From Bacteroidales bacterium (lineage in GTDB: Bacteria; Bacteroidota; Bacteroidia; Bacteroidales; UBA932), in the NCBI GenBank assembly GCA_024398075.1, contig JAKSJM010000006.1, positions 1,607 through 65,606 on the forward strand: a DNA stretch of 64,000 nt, given 5' to 3'. Both the position numbers and the translations under genes were made by a program. Positions 58,849 through 64,000 of the stretch are shown here, one piece after another. A model generated the notes under the pieces. It was not told the DNA's origin, did not search any database, and saw only the letters and a list, made by a program, of their open reading frames with translations. How positions within the stretch are numbered: position 1 is the stretch's first letter; each line of letters opens with the position of its first letter.

Positions 58849-59649
58849 CTACACGAATACTTTAACCAGTGTAACTACAGAAACGATAGTAGAAACGGCT
58901 GAGAACCAAACACTAGGCTGATTCCATCTGCTAGCGTTACTCTGGGTAGCCTTGGCTCTGTTCGGCTCCACATAGACCACATCATTCTGCTGGAGATAGA
59001 AGCGAGGACTCTTGAAGACATCCTTTGATCGAAGATCATGATACACTATGGTACGCTTGCCATTTACTTCTCTGATAACAGCCACACGGTCACGACGGCC
59101 ATAGACTGTAAGGTCACCAGCCAAGCTGAGAGCCTCGAGAAGGGTGGTGTGGTCATTGTTCATAGGATAGCTTCCTGGCCTAGCGACTTCACCAAGCACA
59201 CTGATTTTGAGGTTTTCGAATTCAATGGTAACGATAGGATCAATGAGATACCCCCCACTGATGAGCTTTTCCTTGATAGAATCGCCCAACTGCTTTCTGG
59301 TCATGCCCTCGCAGTGCACTGAACCAAGCTGAGGGAACTCGATGTTTCCGTCTCCATCTACCTGATATCCAAGCGCTCTCTGGCTAGAATATGATGCGTA
59401 CATCTCACGAGAAGAGTTCGCTGTAGCAGAAAGATTAAAAGGCTTCGCTGATTCAGGGTTACGGCTACTGACGTAAATATTAAGCACATCTCCCTTTCTT
59501 ACGCATACCTCGGAAACACCACTGATGTCGAACTCCTCGAAGTCATCAACATCCTGGATATAGGTAAAATCCTTGTACGATCCGCATGAAGACAATGCGA
59601 ATATGCCTACAAGTACGGCCAAAAGAACATTTAACTTATACATCGACAT
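58849..59649 (-). CDS. wza: Polysaccharide export lipoprotein (Wza-like)
   Basis: Lipobox ALSS|C; GYQVDGDGNIEFPQLG, VLGEVARPG, TLLEALSLAGDLTVYGRRD, QNDVVYVEPN. Confidence 0.92.
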   Translation of the reverse strand: MSMYKLNVLLAVLVGIFALSSCGSYKDFTYIQDVDDFEEFDISGVSEVCVRKGDVLNIYVSSRNPESAKPFNLSATANSSREMYASYSSQRALGYQVDGDGNIEFPQLGSVHCEGMTRKQLGDSIKEKLISGGYLIDPIVTIEFENLKISVLGEVARPGSYPMNNDHTTLLEALSLAGDLTVYGRRDRVAVIREVNGKRTIVYHDLRSKDVFKSPRFYLQQNDVVYVEPNRAKATQSNASRWNQPSVWFSAVSTIVSVVTLVKVFV

Positions 59650-59673
59650 AACTAATCGCTTCTTTACAGCTTA

Positions 59674-59748
59674 CAAAGTTATTAAAAATAATCAATAAGT
59701 AAAACCCTACACTGGGGTATCATTTTACGCTTTCTTTACATAAATTTG
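59674..59748. promoter_or_regulatory. Divergent -7 boxes for wza-wzc (TAACTTTG, minus, 59681-59674) and the pglF/capD-like gene (TAAATTTG, plus, 59741-59748)
   Basis: Two exact TAnnTTTG matches, with an imperfect inverted repeat (GTAAAA...TTTTAC, 59699-59728) between them. Confidence 0.65.
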
Positions 59749-59778
59749 CGGCAAGACTAAAACTAACCCTATACAGTT

Positions 59779-61695
59779 ATGAAGTGGCCAACCTCGCACT
59801 ATTTAAGGGATATTATGGGCTGGTATTTCACGAAAAAGGCCCTACCTTACTGGTTCATCCTGATGATCGATTGCGTAATCGGAGTCATCTCTTATTTCGT
59901 GACATATTGGCTGATTTTCCGTGGAGCAGCTCTGCAGCTTGCTTTCTGGAAGCTGCTGAATACGGCCGTTCTTTTCACCGCAGTCGATGTCGTGTTCTTC
60001 AGAGTGTTTCATACCTACTCGGGTATCCTTCGTTACTCCTCGTTCATCGATCTGAACAGGGTACTAAGTTCCAAGTTATCAGCCGGTGCTGTGATAATCA
60101 CTCTTCACTTCATCCTGAACCATCACAATGAGAAGTTCTTCCTTCACCTTACCACAGCGCAGGTGGTCCTCTCCATATTCATCGCGATCATAGGCATGCT
60201 TGCAGTCAGACTTGCTGTAAGAATGTCATTCGATGCCATTATATCCGAGAACGGAAAGAGAGCTGTCGTGTATGGGCTCCAGGACGGCGGAGTCGGCATC
60301 GCCAAGAGAATCAGAAACAGCAAGGAGTTCTCTTTCGGCGGATTCATCACGCACGACAAATCACTGTCTTACGCGAACCTTCTCGGAGAAAAGGTTTACC
60401 AGATAGACGAAACGCTCACAAACCAGCTTATCGAGCATCACATCAAGGCGGTGATCGTAGTGCCGAGCAAGAATGAGCAGTTCAGAGAAGACCAGAAACT
60501 CCAGGATATGATACTCGCTGCCGGAGTGAAGATATATATGGTGCCGAATCTGGAGGCATGGGATAAGGACAGGCCTTCGACAAACTCCCTTGTAGAGGTG
60601 AAGATCGAGGACCTCCTCCCGAGAAAGCAGATTCATGTGGACCTTGATTCTGTAAAAGCAGAACTCAGCGAAAAAAAGATTCTTATCACAGGATCTGCCG
60701 GAAGCATAGGAAGCGAGATTGTGAGACAGGTAGCCTCATTCGAGCCATCAGAGATGGTGCTTATAGACCAGGCGGAGACACCCCAGCACGACATCAAGCT
60801 CATGATGCAAAAGGAATTCCCTGGCCAGAAGGTACAAGTCGTAGTCACATCCATTGACAGCAAACACAGAATGGAGAAGGTATTTGAGAGTTACAAGCCT
60901 GACTATGTTTTCCACGCAGCGGCATACAAGCATGTGCCAATGATGGAGGACAACCCTTCCACTGCTGTCCACAATAACATAAGGGGAACCAGGAACATCG
61001 CTGATCTATCCGTCAGATATGGCGTGAAAAAGTTTGTGATGATATCGACAGACAAGGCCGTGAACCCTACAAATGTCATGGGATGTTCAAAGAGAATATG
61101 CGAAATGTACGTCCAGGCATTGAACAAAGCCCAGCAGGATGGAGTGGTGGCCGGAAACACTCAGTTCGTCACCACGAGATTCGGAAACGTGCTCGGATCA
61201 AATGGTTCCGTCATCCCTATTTTCAAGAAGCAGATAGCTGCAGGTGGTCCTGTGACAGTGACAGATCCGAACATCATCCGCTACTTCATGCTCATCCCGG
61301 AAGCATGTAAGCTGGTTCTTGAAGCCGGAGCGAAGGGCAAGGGTGGAGAGATATTCGTGTTTGACATGGGAGACCCTGTGAAGATTGCTGACCTTGCGAA
61401 GAGGATGATTGCCCTGAGCGGCGCCAAGGATGTGAAGATAGAGTACACAGGCCTGAGAGATGGAGAGAAGCTCTATGAGGAGGTGCTGAACGAAAAGGAA
61501 TCCACCAAGCCTTCGTTCCACGAGAAGATACGCATCGCAGCAGTGCGTGAACAAGACTATGACAAGGTAAAGGCAGATATCGAGGAGCTCATCGAGATAG
61601 CAAACACCTACGAGCCTATGAATGTGGTGAAGAAGATGAAGGAAATCGTGCCCGAGTATAAGTCAAACAACAGCGTCTACAGCGTCCTGGACTAG
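59779..61695 (+). CDS. Membrane-bound UDP-GlcNAc 4,6-dehydratase (PglF/CapD/WbpM family)
   Basis: Four N-terminal TMs; IEDLL.R, TGSAGSIGSEI, HAAAYKHVP, ISTDKAVNPTNVMGCSKR, RFGNVLGSNGSV, GLRDGEKLYEE. Confidence 0.93.
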   Translation: MKWPTSHYLRDIMGWYFTKKALPYWFILMIDCVIGVISYFVTYWLIFRGAALQLAFWKLLNTAVLFTAVDVVFFRVFHTYSGILRYSSFIDLNRVLSSKLSAGAVIITLHFILNHHNEKFFLHLTTAQVVLSIFIAIIGMLAVRLAVRMSFDAIISENGKRAVVYGLQDGGVGIAKRIRNSKEFSFGGFITHDKSLSYANLLGEKVYQIDETLTNQLIEHHIKAVIVVPSKNEQFREDQKLQDMILAAGVKIYMVPNLEAWDKDRPSTNSLVEVKIEDLLPRKQIHVDLDSVKAELSEKKILITGSAGSIGSEIVRQVASFEPSEMVLIDQAETPQHDIKLMMQKEFPGQKVQVVVTSIDSKHRMEKVFESYKPDYVFHAAAYKHVPMMEDNPSTAVHNNIRGTRNIADLSVRYGVKKFVMISTDKAVNPTNVMGCSKRICEMYVQALNKAQQDGVVAGNTQFVTTRFGNVLGSNGSVIPIFKKQIAAGGPVTVTDPNIIRYFMLIPEACKLVLEAGAKGKGGEIFVFDMGDPVKIADLAKRMIALSGAKDVKIEYTGLRDGEKLYEEVLNEKESTKPSFHEKIRIAAVREQDYDKVKADIEELIEIANTYEPMNVVKKMKEIVPEYKSNNSVYSVLD

Positions 61696-62342
61696 CAGAA
61701 AAGCTCATGCAGGACTTTCAGCGAGCGCACATCTATGGCAGACTCGCAGTGATATGACAGGTAGCGGAGAAGGATCTCCGCTATCTCGTTTCTTAGCTCG
61801 CCCGTGAGCGGGATGAGCATGGATTCGGCGAAGGGAGACTCCACGAACTGCTTCAGCGTAGAGAGATACTCACCCGCGAAAGGGCGCAGCGCTTCCACTG
61901 ATGGGCTGAAGCCCAATGCCACAGCGAATTCGAGAAGGAACCTAAGGTGATAGTTCGCGAAGTCGCTCTGGAGCGCGTCCAGAGTGAGGATACTCTTCTC
62001 GCACCACTCGAAGAGGCCATCCTCATGCGCGCCTTCCTTGACCGCACGATAAAGGACTTCGCTCATGAACATTGTCATGGCATTCTTCGCCACACTGGCC
62101 CTCACGCCATGAAGCGGATGCTTCGCAGATATCTTCGTGGCGCGCCAAAGGCTGGATTTGGGATTTTCAATGACCTCAGCCTCAAGGACATTCATCGGGA
62201 GAAAGAGTGACATCGAGGTTTTCTTGCCCACATTGACCAGAAAACCTCTTCTCCCCCACTCCCTGCTGATGGTATGGAGCACGACGGAACTCTCACCTAT
62301 CTTGGTGAGATTCAGCACTATCAACTCCGTCGCCGTGACCAT
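61692..62342 (-). CDS. recO: DNA repair protein RecO
   Basis: IVL..TKIGESSVVLHT.S.EWGR OB N-terminus, F.SEVLY, LGFSP, R..I.E.LL.Y..YH, SL.VL.ELF pattern typical of Bacteroidales RecO. Confidence 0.85.
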   Translation of the reverse strand: MVTATELIVLNLTKIGESSVVLHTISREWGRRGFLVNVGKKTSMSLFLPMNVLEAEVIENPKSSLWRATKISAKHPLHGVRASVAKNAMTMFMSEVLYRAVKEGAHEDGLFEWCEKSILTLDALQSDFANYHLRFLLEFAVALGFSPSVEALRPFAGEYLSTLKQFVESPFAESMLIPLTGELRNEIAEILLRYLSYHCESAIDVRSLKVLHELFC

Positions 62343-62345
62343 CTG

Positions 62346-62948
62346 CTACTCGCCTACGTTCTCTTTAAGCCACGTCGCCATCGCACGAAGCGACATGCCT
62401 CTGTGCGAGATGGAGTTCTTCACCTCTTCGCCGAGCTCAGCCATAGTCTGGCCAGGGAATGCGTCCGGAATGAACACCGGGTCGTATCCAAATCCCTTGC
62501 TGCCGTTTCGGGACAATGCTATATGGCCCTCAACCACACCCTCGAAGAAGTGCATCTCGCCGTCGATGATGAGAGTCACCACATTCATGAAGCGCGCAGT
62601 GCGCTGTTCTGGAGTATTTGCACCCACCTTTTCAAGCTCTGAGAGAAGCTTGACAATGTTTGCGTCAAAATCGTGGCCATCGGTAGCATAGCGCGCGCTG
62701 TGCACGCCCGGCGCGCCGCCGAGGGCATCTACCATGAGACCTGTGTCATCTGCAAAGCAGTTGACATGCAGCCTTTCATAGAGATAACTGGCTTTCTGGA
62801 TAGAATTTTCCTTGAGGGTATCACCTGTCTCCGGGATGTCCTCGGTGATGCCCATATCTGCTGGAGTCACAAGCTCGTAGCCTTCTCCAAGTATCTCGGC
62901 AGCCTCACGGAGCTTGCCTTTGTTTCCTGTCGCGAAAATAATCTTCAT
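62346..62948 (-). CDS. rdgB: Non-canonical purine NTP pyrophosphatase (RdgB/HAM1)
   Basis: FATGNKGKLRE, ETGDTLKENS..KA, ADDTGL, GGAPGVHSARY, GFGYDPVF, KNSISHR; start placed at ATG 62948. Confidence 0.96.
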   Translation of the reverse strand: MKIIFATGNKGKLREAAEILGEGYELVTPADMGITEDIPETGDTLKENSIQKASYLYERLHVNCFADDTGLMVDALGGAPGVHSARYATDGHDFDANIVKLLSELEKVGANTPEQRTARFMNVVTLIIDGEMHFFEGVVEGHIALSRNGSKGFGYDPVFIPDAFPGQTMAELGEEVKNSISHRGMSLRAMATWLKENVGE

Positions 62949-62969
62949 AGTGGTACAATATCTGCAGCG

Positions 62970-63016
62970 CAAAGGTATCAATTCGGAGAAACTTCTCCAA
63001 TTTTTACTTACATTTG
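62970..63016. promoter_or_regulatory. Divergent -7 boxes for rdgB-recO (TACCTTTG, minus, 62977-62970) and the S41 protease (TACATTTG, plus, 63009-63016)
   Basis: Two exact TAnnTTTG matches; the plus box is only 7 nt before the ATG at 63024. Confidence 0.7.
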
Positions 63017-63023
63017 TAGACGT

Positions 63024-64000
63024 ATGAAAGCAAAGAACATTATATGTGCAGGCACGCTTGCACTCATCAGCACTGTGGCACTTGCCCAGTCGAAGAACTT
63101 CAAGCTGGCTCAGTGGACAGAGATTCAGAATTCCATCCTCAGCGAGCTCAGCAGGTCTTACGTAGACACACTTCCTGTGGAGCGAATGAAGGCGGCAAGC
63201 ATCAAGTACATGCTTGAAGAGCTTGACCCATATACCATCTACATCCCGGAAGAGGAGGAAGATGACCTCGAGATGATGGTGAGCAAGAGCTACGGAGGCA
63301 TAGGCGCAGTTATCTACAAACCAGAGAAAGACGGAAACGTCATAATCACAGAGCCATACAAGAACTCAGCTGCCGAGAAGTATGGTCTCAAGGCCGGAGA
63401 CGAGATTCTATCTATCGACGGCATCAGCGTCCACGGTCTCACAAGCTCCGAGTGCAGCGAGAAGATGAGAGGCAAACCTGGCAGCACAGTCGTGTTCAAG
63501 GTGAAGAAACTCCGTCAGAACGACACCATCAGCCTGAATGTAGTGAGAGGCAGAATCAAGCTTCCAGATGTAGAGTATTATGGCATGCTTGACGCAGAGA
63601 CAGGCTACATCCTGCAGACCGGATTCACCGAGACAGCGTCTTCAGAGGTCCGCGCTGCCGTGAGTGAGCTCAAGGCGAAGGGCATGAAAAAGCTCTTCCT
63701 TGACCTCAGGGGCAATGGTGGCGGCCTCATCACCGAAGCGGTGAATATCGTCTCGATCTTCGTCCCTAAGGGATCAGTCGTCGTGACTTCCAAGGGCAGC
63801 AGAGAGGACTCGAAGATGGTATATCGCACCGCTCAGGAGCCTGTGGACACGCAGATGCCACTCGTGGTGCTCGTAAGCCACAGTTCAGCGTCAGCGTCCG
63901 AGATCGTCTCTGGAGCACTCCAGGACCTCGACAGGGCCACCATCATGGGCCAGAGAAGCTACGGAAAGGGTCTCGTGCAGAGCATCAGGCCACTTCCATA
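63024..64000 (+). CDS. S41-family C-terminal processing protease (CtpA/Prc-like), runs off the window end
   Basis: Manual translation: MKAKNIICAGTLALISTVALA|Q..., LDPYT, YGGIG (PDZ), LDLRGNGGG, SASASEIVSGALQD, SYGKGLVQ. Confidence 0.95.
   Translation, partial: MKAKNIICAGTLALISTVALAQSKNFKLAQWTEIQNSILSELSRSYVDTLPVERMKAASIKYMLEELDPYTIYIPEEEEDDLEMMVSKSYGGIGAVIYKPEKDGNVIITEPYKNSAAEKYGLKAGDEILSIDGISVHGLTSSECSEKMRGKPGSTVVFKVKKLRQNDTISLNVVRGRIKLPDVEYYGMLDAETGYILQTGFTETASSEVRAAVSELKAKGMKKLFLDLRGNGGGLITEAVNIVSIFVPKGSVVVTSKGSREDSKMVYRTAQEPVDTQMPLVVLVSHSSASASEIVSGALQDLDRATIMGQRSYGKGLVQSIRPLP

Overview
A gene-dense, mostly core-genome segment of a Bacteroidales-type bacterium. The taxon is inferred from TAnnTTTG -7 promoter boxes, A/U-rich starts without Shine-Dalgarno sequences, signal peptides cleaved before Gln, and gene content. 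About 47 CDS: groEL (partial)-groES, a TrmH methylase, glyA, ppdK, a PIN-PhoH protein, a degenerate PurL-like protein, folC, an alpha-2-macroglobulin-like protein, a TetR beside a TolC/HlyD/2x ABC-permease cluster with no ATPase, metG-dnaG-recQ, DUF1015-serA-serC, yigZ, miaA, DUF3127, an FKBP, ROK/MFS/GH20 sugar genes, an acyl-CoA ligase, two tandem deoxynucleoside kinases, an MBL hydrolase, uvrA, a uridine-kinase-like protein, EamA, two tandem SGNH hydrolases, wzc-wza divergent from a PglF/CapD-like gene, recO, rdgB and a partial S41 protease. No tRNA, rRNA, CRISPR array, transposase or integrase was recognised. The most unusual element is a self-contained ~7.1 kb cassette (32.3-39.4 kb). In it, two small peptides missed by the ORF track (42 and 47 aa, sharing a Y-x-A-P-x-[IL]-E...S...ED..W..D.DEL pattern) each precede a large fimbrillin-like surface lipoprotein built from shared Ig-like and ~150-aa beta-rich modules. 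One lipoprotein ends in an intact Cys-based (HCxxGxDRTG) phosphatase domain. Other leads: a probable ~90-nt sRNA between the GH20 and MFS genes, a sigma54-like promoter at groES, a catalytically eroded PurL-like domain in an operon with PIN-PhoH, substituted base-recognition residues in one dNK paralog, and a Cys-rich insertion in MetG. All family assignments are by-eye motif recognition; no database searches were run.
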